In this document: positions 50,958-64,000 of the stretch, in pieces
How positions within the stretch are numbered: the stretch's first letter is position 1
How the letters are laid out: every line of letters starts with the position of its first letter
Source of the DNA: Carcharhinus longimanus
Taxonomy: Eukaryota
Direction: 5' to 3'
DNA: 64,000 nucleotides
NCBI GenBank assembly: GCA_030264375.1
Contig: JASCQW010000162.1
Coordinates: forward strand, 34,098,853-34,162,852
The notes under the pieces: generated by a model
What the model was told of the DNA's origin: nothing
What the model saw: the letters and a program-made list of their open reading frames with translations, nothing else
Databases searched by the model: none
Position numbers and translations under genes: made by a program

Positions 50958-51250
50958 TAAAGTTTAATTATTCATGTATCAAGTAGGCTTACATTAACAC
51001 TGCATTGAAGTTACTGTGAAAATCCCCAAGTCGTCACACTCCGACTCCTATTCAGATACACTGAGGGAGAATTTAGCATGGCCAAAGCACCTAACCAGCA
51101 TGTCTTTCGGACTGTGGAGGAAACTGGAGCACCCGGAGAAACCCAAACAGACATGGGGAGAATGTGCAAACTCCACACAGACAGTGACCCATGCCGGGAA
51201 TCAAACCTGGGTTCCTGGCGCTATGAGACAGCAGTGCTAACCACTGTCCA
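50958..51250 (-). mobile_element. HE1-related SINE with alternative tail
   Basis: Reverse complement of the 21583-21860 type. Confidence 0.85.
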
Positions 51251-51794
51251 CGGTACCAGCCCTGGGTCTTCTACCATGGGTCTGGGTCTTCCACCATGTG
51301 AAGAAAATTGGTAAGAGAATTGAAGAGAGGAAAATAAACATTTTGCTTTCAAATCATTTTGGTGTGCTAAGTGGAGATTAACTTTACCCCTGGACCCTAT
51401 ATTTGTATTATTATTTCTACCCTTTGATATTTGATCAGCGAACACACCAGCACATTGGCACAATGCACTTACTGAACATGATCTCTGCCACTCAAACTTT
51501 AAGCTAGGTGAATGCAAGATCATAATCTTTGCCAAGCTCACTGTCGGCACGCAGTGTGTGACTGCCTCTTATATACTAGTGAAGGAAGATTCTGCAGCTA
51601 CACTTCTTGACATTAGTTTGGAACAGGCTTAGTTTGTAAATTAGCTTGAAAAATATTGAGCATGGGCCAGACTAATCCATATATCAAACAATAGGTTTCA
51701 GATCAGGTTTAGTGTTAACTTATATTGCTGCATATTTATAAAACCTCATAATGTGCAGTATTCATAATATGACAAATTTATTAAATTACTTTCA

Positions 51795-52115
51795 TGGAAA
51801 CATAGAAACTAGAAGCAGGCGTGGATCATTCAGCCCTTTAAGTCTGCTCCGCCATTCATTTTGATCATGGCTTATCATCAGATTCAATATCCTGATCCCT
51901 CCTTCCTCCTCCATATCCCTTGATCCCTTTGGCCCCGAGAGCTATATCTAATTTCTTTTTGAAATCAGACAATGTTTTAGCCTCAACTACCCTCTGCGTG
52001 AAGAAATTTCTCCTCAGCTCATTTCTAAAAGGTTTACTCCTTATCCTCAAACTATGACCCCTAGCTCTGGACTGCCCCATCACTGGGAATATTCTTTCTG
52101 AATCTACCCTGTCTA
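51795..52115 (-). mobile_element. CR1/HER1 LINE 3' fragment
   Basis: SRARGHSLRIRSKPFRNELRRNFFTQRVV. Confidence 0.88.
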
Positions 52116-55100
52116 CTCACGATCACAGGCTCTACGAATACATTGTGATTTTTATTTTCAGAAGGGTTCACAGTCAGTGCTTCTGCTTGTTGATTTTCTT
52201 CAATTAAAATTCTATCATTACGTTGGTTAGTTTAAAGTGTTTTTCATAACTATAGGTTTGATAAAGCCATTAAAGCTAGTACCAATTTCAAATCTAGTTG
52301 AACTCATGATCATGCCCTCAGATTTACACTTGAATTACATTCCCCTGGTGTGTTAAAATATTCTAAAAGCATCGGAGGAGCATTCGGTTTAAAAGTATTG
52401 AGGATGGGCATTGAGGGAATGTACACAGCATTCTGTGTGTGGCCTCTACTACTCTAACATTTTGCTTGTATCGTAACAGAATACAATAAGGCATGAACTT
52501 CTATGAAGGCAACAGAGAACTATGGGCCGGGAAAAAAAATTGCACATTGACTTCTGAGAATGGACTCAGGCATGCACTGGCCTGGAACAAAAGCATCTGA
52601 CAGGGGTTAACAATGGTGGCATCGTCCACCTCCTAAAGAAAGTTGATAGTTAATTGCACAAGACAGAATTATTTTTTTTTACACACAGCAGCCCCTTGCT
52701 TCAGTTGCTGCATGCAGAGTGCAGTCAGTTATACAAAACTATTCTTGAGGAACAATTACACGGAGGGGAAAAAAAACTGTGAAAATGGTAATTTCACCAG
52801 CTAATGAGCTACAGGCTGCCCTGCTTGTCTCTCGCCTGCCAATCTGCAGTGAGCCTTGACTCAAATGAAAGAAAATGCCGCAGAGTTCAGGAGAACTTGA
52901 GCAACATCTCAGCAGGCAGTAATTCATCTGAGAAGAAAGAAAATCACAGTATAGTCAAGCCATGCAGTAGGTCTTAGCATGTTAAAAGTAGCAGACTCCT
53001 AGATCCCTTTTGGGTTTTTCCTGGAGTTTGATTAAAAACTGGATATTTCCTAAAGTTGATTTTAAAAAACCTCCCTTCACTAAGATATGCTTTTCTCTAA
53101 TACAATCAGCTATTTATCAGAACCTGTACCATAATTATATGTATATATGAAACCACTGTGTTGGAACATGAACTTTGTCAAGCTTCAGTATATGTGGGGC
53201 ATACCTGAATTCAAAACAAATTGGCTCTGTTTGCGCACACAAGGAGTTTAATTATCTGGCACTAATTTATTCAAACTAGTTTCACTTGGTTTAAAATATT
53301 AGTGTCTTCAGTGCCATAAATTTTAAATAATGCAGTATATGGGTGGTCCATTGCTTCACAACACCAGATTTATCCCTGGGATCCAGTTGTGAATCCAACT
53401 CTAGCTGATGATATGTGTCTCCTTCTGATGGCAATTATAGAAAGAAATCTGGATTATCTTAACCAAATTCACCATGTGTTCACTGTCTCACTGAGAAAAA
53501 CTCTAGGGATGGCTGGCATTGAAAGTGGAAAATTCACACTGCTGAGATTGGTGTTATATACTGTTGCAAAAAGCACTCAGGAAAAGTTGCTAAAATAAAT
53601 TATTTGCTCTGCCTGATCGAAGGCAAATTAATGCTGATATCAATTACTAAGAATGGAAAAAAGTGTACCTTTCACCACTCCTAGTCAGCAGCCTGCATAG
53701 ATCAATAGGTGAATGTTGAAATTAGAAGGGATGGGCAACTTTTGGTAATGTTTTACCTTACTGTAATTTAATTGAGTGAGCATTATCAGTTATTTTGCTC
53801 ATAAAATATACAATCAGATGTCTTTTCTACCCATGATTTACTAATAACCCAAATAACATACTTTCATTTTCCTAATGAGTTCTTATTTCCGAGGCTACAT
53901 CCTGCCACAGCCATGCACCCCATAAGCCATTCATTCATAAATCTTAAGCACTCCCGGTCAATGCACATAGGGCTAAACTGTTCTCCTATGGCCACTGCAG
54001 AAGTGTGAATAATTAAACAGACAATGAACAATTTACAGACCATGGCTTTCTTCTTTTCCAATTTATTCATTTTGGAATGAAATAAATCTAATGTAGATTT
54101 ATTACCATGGTATGGTCTGTCTGGATTTTTTCACATAGACATTACAATTGCGGTTGCCAATGGTACAATGTGAATTCTTGCTAGATGACATACTGTGATT
54201 AATTAACATTTAAAACCGAGTGCAAGTCCAACACAGCTCTTTTCTGAAATTGTTTATTTGATTGTATTGTAATATCAAGTTGGGAAATAGATAAAATAAA
54301 TCTAAGTATCAGAAGCCTCATTCCGGCTCCTGCTGGTGCAAAATGGTTAGAAAGTAACATTCAACTAAGTGCTTCTAATTCTTGTCAGCAAATCAAAATG
54401 TTTGCATTTAAAATAAACAGACTGAAGTGGATTTACAGTAAACCAGCGAAACTAACATATACTTATTCCGCAAGATCATAAAAACAACTGCAGTAATTGA
54501 ATCTACACCCTGGAACCTAGTCAGAAAGTTAAAGAATGTTGCAAAGGGATGAGTCGCCTTAATTTGGTTAGGTATGGGTGATGGTCTAGCTGCAGTAACA
54601 AAGAAACTACTGTCTAAGTTTGGCATTGGTTTTCTGAAATGCACAATCACTAACCAGTTCTTGATCACAAAGGTAGCCCTAGGCAGAAAAAGCCTGTGAA
54701 ACCTTGACTCATACTTTACCCTGTTTAATTAATACATATACCTTATCTTCTACTTTGCATGGTCTTTTTATGCAGCCAAAGTTATAAACAACTAATTAAT
54801 ATTCACTATGCTATGTAAAAACAATAGTTCAAACTGTTATTAAAAACAATAAGAGTTACATTTGCTTTGAGTGCTGAAAGCATTCTTGTTTTATCAGTGT
54901 AACAATTGCTTAGACTATTTTCCATTTTTTGGCCCAAGGGCCAGAGTACAGCTGTTTGCTGTTACCTAGACATTTTACAAGAGTTTTGTAATTTTCTTCT
55001 ATTATCTTTATAGGCTGTTCTTATCTTCTGACTCATCCATAAAAAAATTATAGGCCTGTGGTTTAACAGGCGTCTACTACAACTGTTACAATTGGTTTAC

Positions 55101-56176
55101 CTCTGAACGCACAGATATTTAACTTCTCGGTAAAGCCCAGATGGTACCTGTTCATTAAAGGAGATTTGCTATTTAGTAATCTGTCCTGTGAGGAAATTTA
55201 GCCAGCACATTATAATCAGCAGTGGTAAAACTGTATCACTGAATGGACAAAAAATGTAAAGGATAGTTGGTATTGTGGAAGTGGCATTGCAAAATTCTAG
55301 CATTGAAGTAAATAATGCATCTGTGGTAACAGTGCTCCCAACGGATAACATGGTTCTGCAACAGTGTTTTTAAAGAACAAAGAAGAACAGCCCAGCACGG
55401 GAAACAGGCCCTTCGGCCCAACAAGCCCGCGCCGCCACATCACCCTACACCCTACACCTATTCTACCNNNNNNNNNNNNNNNNNNNNNNNNNNNNNNNNN
55501 NNNNNNNTCAGCCATGAACTTATTGAATGGCGGGGCAGGCTCGAAGGGCTAGATGGCCTACTCCTGCTCCTATTTCTTATGTTCTTATATTTTCTTTTAC
55601 TTATGTAAGGAAAAATCCTGAAATTAACACATAATCCATTAGCCCAATGAGTATTGGATAAACTGTAGTCTACATAAAATGATATTCATCTCACAACGCA
55701 ACCAGTGGTTACTTCAGAATAAATGAGTACAAACTTTTCAAGAAGACTTTTTCTGATATCTTATTTGTTATGTACTATCAAAGTTGTTTTGCAGTGGGGT
55801 ATTCTCAATTGCACACAAAAACTAATAAATATTATTCTTTTCCTTCTGAACATAATAAGAAAGTAAACAGAAATATTGTGTCAGTGTTCTATTTGAACAA
55901 AGTATCTAGTTTTAACTCAATGAACTAACTATTATAAAACTTGTGTACGCATTTGGAATTTCAGTGATTAGAATCTTTCTCTTGTTCACCATTTTTCTAT
56001 CAGTGACAAATTCTAAAAGACTTGAAGAAACAAGAATGGACACACGGGCCAGAGCTTTTCGGCTGTTCTCACCCCGCTGCCACTGCCAGAGAGAACGGAG
56101 AATCTGGCGCTCAGCCAAATCTCCCCTGACCACGCAGCAAGACCGAATAATCCCAGCTGTGGGCAAGATTGGAGAA

Positions 56177-56199
56177 CCTGGTGTTGTCAGACTTTTTAC
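56177..56199 (+). mobile_element. 23-nt terminal fragment of the same element family as 9145-9249, with 13-bp TSD
   Basis: cctggtgttgtcagactttttac matches the reverse complement of 9145-9167 at 21/23. It is flanked by perfect caagattggagaa repeats (56164-56176 and 56200-56212). Confidence 0.8.
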
Positions 56200-57794
56200 C
56201 AAGATTGGAGAATCCAGCCCGTGATCGGATATAGATGGGATGAGAATATTGCGCACAGGCCTCCAGACTCAGTGTGTGTCCCAAAGAGGGATAGACCCCT
56301 CTGAATCAGTCTGAGGAGAAGCTTGTTTTTTCTTTGACCCAAGTAATTCAGCACTAAAAGATTCATAAATCATGACTCTCTGCAACCTCAAGAAAATTCA
56401 ACCCTTTTGTATGTACTGAAACAAGGCCTTGCAAGCAATGTTAATGCAGCAGCTTTCTGATGATTAGGTTTTGAATATTTATTTAGCAGAAACAGGAATT
56501 TTCACACACAGCATCAGCTAATAGGATCCTCAATGCTGGTTACTTTTCTGAAAATGAAGAAAGATTAGAAGCTCTAAAAGTTATGTTTCTACTCTTTGGA
56601 AATACTGAACATTTTGGACAGGAGTTAAAGGACCACCACAGATTATGTTGCAAAATAAAGCCCCTAAGCATTCTGAACAACATTATCCAAAAAACCTGTT
56701 GTAACTCTTCAAAGTTTCCAATAACAAGATAATGCCATTGTAACTGTGATTCTGGAATATTCTATGGTTGGTTAGACTGACATTTTTGTGAGTACTCAAA
56801 AAAGCCAGAATTCTAAACCCACAAATCATGAGGCACCAGTCGCTAAATTTAAAATAGACTTCTTGAACAGGTGCAGTTTCTCTGACAAGTCACTGGCTGT
56901 GCTGCCATTTTGTCTACTGCTCTATGTTCATATTGAGGTCAACTGTACGCAACAGTGGAAATATTTTTAATGCTTCATTTTTTAATTCTTAGTTTCCTGC
57001 CTCAGTTGATGCTCTGAAAACTGCAGCTTTCAATTATTTAACAACTGCAGCCACTGGGAATCAGTTACCCATAAACTTAGCATTTTCAAGTTCTGCTAAT
57101 ATCACTTTCAAAATGGTGAATATAATCTTTCTGGAGATTTCAGCTGGTAAATATTGTGACGCTGCCATACGTCACCTTGACTAAAATCAAATATTTAATA
57201 GCAATAATATTTTATTTTAGTTTCATTTTGATACCATACTTTTGGTATAAACAGAATGCAGAGCATTAATTAATTGCATAATGTATCCCATTCATAGCTT
57301 ATACAACCTACAGACGCACAGAACCAATTTGTACAAGTAATACTTGTAAATTATTTGTTCTCTTTTAACCTCGACCAGATTTTGTAATCAGCGGTTTGCC
57401 ACAGAGCATCCTCCCTCTCCCAGATAAAACCGCCCACAGTATAGATTTTTATATAAATACACTAAACACACTTATACACACAAGAAAGATTACAATACAT
57501 GTATCTTAAGGCCCCAAAGGGGCTCCTTAGAGTGAAGCAGCCCCAGAGTGACACCTAACGTCCCAGCAAAGCACACCACTGCCCTCTTCAACCTCTGACC
57601 CCCACCAGCATACACATATAGAAGCTGCCTGAATGTTCTAGTGTCCAGCAAGTCTGGTAATTCAGAAACCAAACATATATTTGAGGATCAAACTCTTCTA
57701 TTCTCATCGGCAGTTTTATGACTTTAGCCATTTTTGTCTCCAAATTCAACAAACTTTCACACACATGCATAAGATAAACGCATCGTGCATATGA

Positions 57795-57898
57795 CAAATA
57801 CACATACACACATACTCACACACACACACATATATATAAATATACATCCACACATATACGTATATAGACACACATACACATTTACACACAACACATAC
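57795..57898. repeat. Degenerate (CA/TA)n microsatellite
   Basis: cacatacacacatactcacacacacacacatatata... Confidence 0.85.
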
Positions 57899-59355
57899 CT
57901 TTGCTCAATGCAATCCATTACAAGAGATATTTCATATCAAAAGTTTGTTCTCAGCACTAAGTGTTGGTGCAATAAATAAAGTATAATGAAAAATGACTTT
58001 TTAATTTGAAGCTAAACCTCTCTTGTGATGATACTGTATGATTTGTTCTCGAGTGCAATAATTTGTAGTAATTGGGAATTATTGGGGGTTTTCGACTCAC
58101 AGCAATTATTCGTTAATCTTATGCATTCATTTTTCAGATTGGGAGACGGTGAATGTTAGCAAGATTTTACAGGATTTGGCTGCCTGCATTACCACTGCAC
58201 AAGTCTCAACAAAGAACCAGCACAGCAGCGTTATGTGATTTCCTGGAGTAGAGGCAGGTAGAGACAAAGGAGAAAGGATACACGATACAATGAAAGTGTT
58301 CTAAAAAAAACAGAAACCTTTATTCTCATCTCGAGGGTAGATGCAATACACAAAATTAAACCATCATAAAACAAAGTTCATGCTGGATGTGACAAATTGA
58401 ACCTGGTTATACCTGACTATAAATTACATTTGGCGTGTTATAATTTTGCAAATTTTCCATTAATTCTTATTTTGACAATCAACCTAAAATTATTTATACA
58501 ATTAAAAATAAACTGGCTTATTGAACATGCCCATTGATTTACACCAATATTAATTACTTTGTTCTTTCAATTTCTTTATTTAATTTTTCATGCATTTTCT
58601 GTGTGATTATAGAAAACTATTCTTGATATTAACTTATTTTAGTGTTTATACTTTCACCATCAGATGCTGTATTCCAGCTCAATAACCCCTCTTCTCAGAT
58701 CTCATTGTATATGTCCCTTGCTGTTCTTTCTCTTTCATTAATTCCCTTCTTGCATCTTTACTATTTTTAATCAAATTATCACAATGTTGTTGTATTCATT
58801 CTCCCCACATTAACTTCAAGTTCTCACTGACTGAAGATGTTCATCAAAAAAAAGCAGCAGACATTGACTGTAAAACATCTGGCCAGCTGCACACACCATC
58901 GATCACTAATTGCTGCCCTGCAAAGGGAGGAATCAAAAGCTCCATTAGTGATGTGGAGTGCCTCCCCATCCTCAGTGAAGCACACTCATGCTCATTGTTG
59001 TCTGGGAGGGCCCTTGACAGAGGGAGTCATTGACTTTTTTCACAGGCTTTCCTGCAGAGTGGGTTGTGTGAAGTGCTATCAAGGCACTGGTTGTGCATGT
59101 GTATAGTTGACAGTTAAACGTGATCCTTTTCCTACTCCAAAAAATAGAAATCACAGCCAGTTTTGGGAAATTGTGGTTTTCTCACACTTTTTCTCATGTA
59201 AATGGCAACGCAGCTCACCACATGTTCCATTCTGACATTGATATATTTATGATTCATTATGTTCACTATGCACTCACAAAAAACAGACCATCTCTATTTA
59301 TTTAAAACATCAACTTGAGCAGAAGCTATCTGAAAAAAGTCAAACATACTGAATT

Positions 59356-59391
59356 GTTTCTTTTGACCTAAAATATTAGGTCAAAAGAAAC
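59356..59391. repeat. Perfect 16-bp inverted repeat with 4-nt spacer
   Basis: gtttcttttgacctaa-aata-ttaggtcaaaagaaac. Confidence 0.95.
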
Positions 59392-61589
59392 TATTATTTA
59401 GATCCATTGACTTTCAGCATAAAGCAGCCTATATATGTATATATGCCTATTGTCAGTACCACGTTTTTAAGAAATGAAGGTACACGGATTGGCCTTAAAA
59501 GCAAGATTGCAAGACATTTTCTCATAGCAAGTCAAAGATGGCATACAAGGTTCAGATTAAAACTTTGTTTCTTAGCGTGGTGGTACTTTCCAGTTAGATT
59601 GTATGTTGTGATTTCTGAACTTTGATTCATGTAATATATATGTGTCTTTAACATTCACTGCAGTCTTAATCCAATTCAGCTTAGAATATTAAAGCAGCTA
59701 GAGGAAGGGCCACCAATGGTCATATTGGTGGNNNNNNNNNNNNNNNNNNNNNNNNNNNNNNNNNNNNNNNNNNNNNNNNNNNNNNNNNNNTGCATCTTGA
59801 TTACATTTGAGGACCAACGTTAAATACGTTTTAAAAATGTCTTGTTACTATTCAGAACTACTTAAAGTTTTAATTAATGGCTGTACCGTTGGTGAGGCCA
59901 TTGTTAAGTGCTGCATAGTCTAAAATCACGCCCCCCCCACCCCATCTAAGTCCGATATCCAACCCATCTCTATAATTAATTTGACTGTTAGCATTTATAT
60001 CTGGTAAAATAACGTTCTCGAATATATACTAGTCTTGCAACTACTACCTTACTCTACTACCTCAATCATCAATGCAGGGTCTGCAAATTCCACATAATGG
60101 TGCAGCAAATTTCTTTGAAAGGGACAGAAATTGGTTCAGGAAATATGGCACAAACATGAAAAAAAACAATTAATAAAATATGAACAAGACGTCCCCGTGA
60201 TGTTAAAACAACTTGTGGTAGAAACTAATGTGACCTTTCTTTTCCAACAGCCTCCTGCACTGCCAGGACTCATCATACATTTCAAACCTAATCCAATTTG
60301 CCTGTCGTTTTCCCAATAAGGCTCTGTGGGTATTGCTCCAATGCTATTTCTGCTTTCCCATCAGCAAGTTCACGACCTCTCTCTGCCCTCTTGATGACAG
60401 TTCATGCCTCGGGATTAAAAACTGCAAGCTCTCGGTGCATTAAATCTGCAATTCATCATTCTAGTGCAAAGGGACAGTGTATATGCACTGATTCCACCCC
60501 CATTGAAGCTTCATTGGCTTCCAACACATTGGCCTTAATATATATTCAAAGTTAACCTGGCTCAACAGGAAAGAAAACAAGGCCACCAAAGTAGATTAAA
60601 ATCGAAGACCTATGTGATCATTCAACCCTAATTTATTTTTGTTATTATTAAGTAATGTTGTCTCCTGTCCTGGCCAGAAGCTGAAAGTTCTTGAAGCCAA
60701 CTAGAAATGCAATATCAATTCTGTGAGAGCCTTAGCCAGCTGAAGTTGCTTTGATCTGTGTTAAGTCTGTATACAGCACCCGGGTATGTCATGATCTATC
60801 CACATATATAACCACTAAACCCTGAGATGTGTGCTCCAATCCACTTGCGTGGCAATCCACAGTGCTGCGATTATAGACAACTCATTTTCAATAGCTCGAG
60901 GTGCCCCGAGGATTTTTATTTTAGTCACACGAAAATGTATCCGGTTGCAAGCGAGCTGCCATTTACTTTGTGTCGCTGCATAATAAAAATATTATCAAAT
61001 GACTGGATTAGAGATGAGCCGTTTATAAATAACCGGAAGCTCGCCTTGCATTATACTGCCAAACGCTGTAAACTGAATCCCCAGCCCGTTGGTTAGAATG
61101 AGGCGAGAACCACACCTCAGGAAAGAAAACCCGTGAAACACCAATCTTCTTGCCGTTGTTTACTTAATGTGCTGTCATGGTATCTGGGGGATTTGCTTCC
61201 TTCTAAAACAAATCCACTGAAAGGAACTAAATCCGCCAGCCCTTGTGCTGAAAACGCCACAACAAGCAGGCACGCAACGCTGAAACCAGAGTCTAAACCG
61301 GACTGCCACATGAGCAGCTTTTAAAACCAACAGCCTGTATTCCACAGACCGGCTTCCTTGATGGAAATGCAAAGGGGAAAGAGAGGGAAGGAAGGGGGAG
61401 GAAAAGCCCAGAATAATCTGCGAAAATCACTTCAGACCAAAAAAGATCCCAGGAGCATAGTGAAATTCACACCGCCCAGCCTCCTTCCCTGTCTGTCTGC
61501 CATGGAAGAGGGAAATGCTGCAGAGCCCATCAGCAGCTAACTGTGCGGCCGGGACAGCGAAGATGCAGACAAGAGAAAGCACGGAACTC

Positions 61590-61993
61590 AGTGGCACAAT
61601 CCCCAATAATAGTCTCCAGTGATAGTCTCCAATCCAGCCCCCAATACAATCGCCAATGACACTGTCCCCAATAGAGTCTGCAGTTACATAGTCCCCAATG
61701 TCACAGTCCCCAATGGCACAGTCACGAATGACACAGTCCCCAATAACAAAGTCCCCAATACAGTCCCCAGACGAATCCCTAATAAATCCCCAATATCACT
61801 GTCCCCAATTCAATCCGCAATGACATAGTCCCCAATTGAGTCGCCAGTGACACAGTCCCCAATGTCACAGTTCCCAATACAATCCCCAATCACACAGTCC
61901 CCAGCAGCGTTCCCAATGACACAGTCCCCAATGTCACAGGCCCCATGTCCCAATGACAATCCCCAACACCCCAATGACACAGTTCCCCCAATG
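61590..61993. repeat. ~15-bp minisatellite (gacacagtccccaat)
   Basis: Visible degenerate tandem array. Confidence 0.9.
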
Positions 61994-64000
61994 CGCGGGC
62001 CAACACATGCAGGAGACCCGTCTCTTTCGAGCAAGTGGCCCAACCAATTTCCTAGTCCGTCCCCATTCACAAATCCCTTTATCGAGCACTTCATGTCTGC
62101 TGTTGGCAAATCTTAGAAATCGGTACCTGAAATTTCACCAATTCCACTTTAATCAAGATTGCCGGTCCAGAGCTAAATATCAGAGCAGAGAATGCAATTG
62201 AGGGGTAGAAAATTATGTTTTACATTGTGTACATTGTGGAGAGTTAATTTATAATTCCAGAAATAAAAGCATCATTCATATGAATTTGAGCATAAGGCTC
62301 ATTGATCAATTATTAAAAATAGTTCCACTTTAGGATTATTTCCATAAAAGGTCATCTTTCGAGTAAACTGCAGCGCAAATAAGAAATGTGATGTTTTGAG
62401 TTTTATAAAATGAAATCCCGAAAAGTCTTGGGCAATGTATTTGCTGATTTTGCTGTTGAATGGGATGTTAAATTATCAAAATTCCTGTGATTAATGTTAG
62501 CGCTTTTGAGTTTGCATAATGCATCTTTTAACATGGATACCAAATTATTTAGTTCATGGTTATGCTGAGGTCAGAGGATCTCATGCACTTGAATTCTTTA
62601 GTATTGTATTAAATGTGCAGAGATTGGATCACGGGATAACCTTTGCTTTAAATATCATTTTCCCCAAATATGCACTGGAGGCATAATATGCACTAGCTAT
62701 CTCCATAGCAGAAGTTGACAACGCAGAGGTTTTTCTTAATGTTTGACTCAGCTTTTTATGAATATTTAAATTATATACTGAGGTTAAAACACTCAAACTG
62801 TGCATACTTTCTGTGAATCCCGTAGCAATTTAGCACTGATGATGTCTAATTACAGGATTCCGCCCTGGAAAACCGGCTGTTGTTTGATGAAGTTTTAAGG
62901 GAAAGATTAAACAATGAAATAAAACACCCCGCCGATTTGCGGGAGCAGCGATAAGTAATAGGGCTGACTGAGGTCGAATTTGATGCGGGGTTTTATCACG
63001 AGAAGATTTAGTCTGAAGTAAAGCAATGCTCTCAAATGACCGATATTTGTTACCGTCACTGGGAAACAAATAAGCCCCGTGTTGGCTCACAGCTCGTTTT
63101 CACCCGGTAATTCAATTGCTCCTCTCTGCTGTATTGGCAAGGCGGCGAATTTAGCACGAAAAAATAACATTACTCTAACTGGAGCGATTGTGTTCATGGA
63201 GAGAATGTTAATTGTTGCCCTGTTAACCAAGGGCCCAAGTCCTACTGTGACTACCCTGACAGTTTTTACAGAATATGAAATACAGAACAGAACAGCTTCT
63301 AGTTGTCACGGGCAGCCACTGAACATAGCTGTTTGATGTGGTGGGGGTGTGGAAGGTAATTACAATCTCTGCTCACCATACATAAATCTACAGCCGGGAT
63401 AGCTATCTATCTTTGCCGCGGTAAAATGTCATTAATGTCCCTGTGAAGTCCCATGTCCATTGACTGACTAACTTTTATACTCTGCCCGCTTGAAAGCTTG
63501 AGACCAGTTGAGGGGTTTTGGAAAACAATGTGGACGCCAGCATCTAAACTGATTTGGGGGGGACAACAAATAGTTAAAAAGAGCTTATTTTTATTTTGGC
63601 GTCCGCAGTCGAATTGTAAAGTGGCCGAACACTGAGCACAAGCTGCAATGTTGTCCTGGGAGTTGCAATGACTGGAACTGCCCGAGAATTTCCCTCCTAT
63701 CCCGGGTTGTAAGAGGCAACAGCAGCTCCCACATACGGGTTCAGCAGCTCTCGAATTCCAGTCCATACACATCCCCGTCAACCTGGTTTCTCCCCAACCC
63801 CGGCCAATCGAGACCAGACTTGTTACTGATGAATATTTATTCCTCGGGCTACCAGACTTTGATTGACATCGGTTGTGGCCAAGATGCACAATTGGTTAGA
63901 TACCCTCAAAGTCTTGGCATGCTTCGGGTTTCTAAACCCGTCCCGTGGAAATGTGAAAAGGGGACGTGAATGCTTGCAAATAAATCCCATACAAAACTTC

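Noticed and set aside
53350-53600. Possible LF-SINE-like relic
   Set aside because: Only a short stretch resembles the consensus as I recall it; insufficient evidence.
61590-62116. Repetitive ORFs and a possible CRISPR-like array
   Set aside because: Degenerate head-to-tail 15-bp minisatellite with no unique spacers and no cas genes, in a vertebrate context.
63407-63889. 160-aa minus-strand ORF as EPHB3 exon 1
   Set aside because: No hydrophobic signal peptide ending at a phase-1 donor and no recognisable homology; more likely a chance ORF in GC-richer DNA.

Overview
Vertebrate genomic DNA, almost certainly from a cartilaginous fish (shark), judged from abundant HE1-type SINEs and CR1/HER1-type LINE fragments. 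The window lies inside an EPHB3 receptor tyrosine kinase gene on the minus strand. Two coding exons are present with canonical AG/GT boundaries: exon 2 (32130-32194, 65 bp, missed by the ORF track) and exon 3 (27242-27914, 673 bp). Exons 1 and 4 were not found, so the rest is intron 1, 2 and 3. The introns hold many transposable element fossils. These include an endogenous retrovirus remnant (gamma-type env, PPT and 3' LTR, 6.2-7.8 kb) and a degraded R2-like element lacking its RT domain and lying outside rDNA (13.7-15.2 kb). There is also a Gypsy-type element with two LTRs flanked by an unusual ~230-bp direct repeat (42.4-45.7 kb), Penelope-like termini with degenerate hammerhead cores (one a 23-nt insertion with a 13-bp TSD), Harbinger-like remnants and MITEs, Deu-domain SINEs and minisatellites. 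I see no intact novel protein-coding system. The best leads are the TE architectures and candidate conserved enhancers. Repeat family names come from recalled consensus similarity, not a database search, and most repeat boundaries are approximate.
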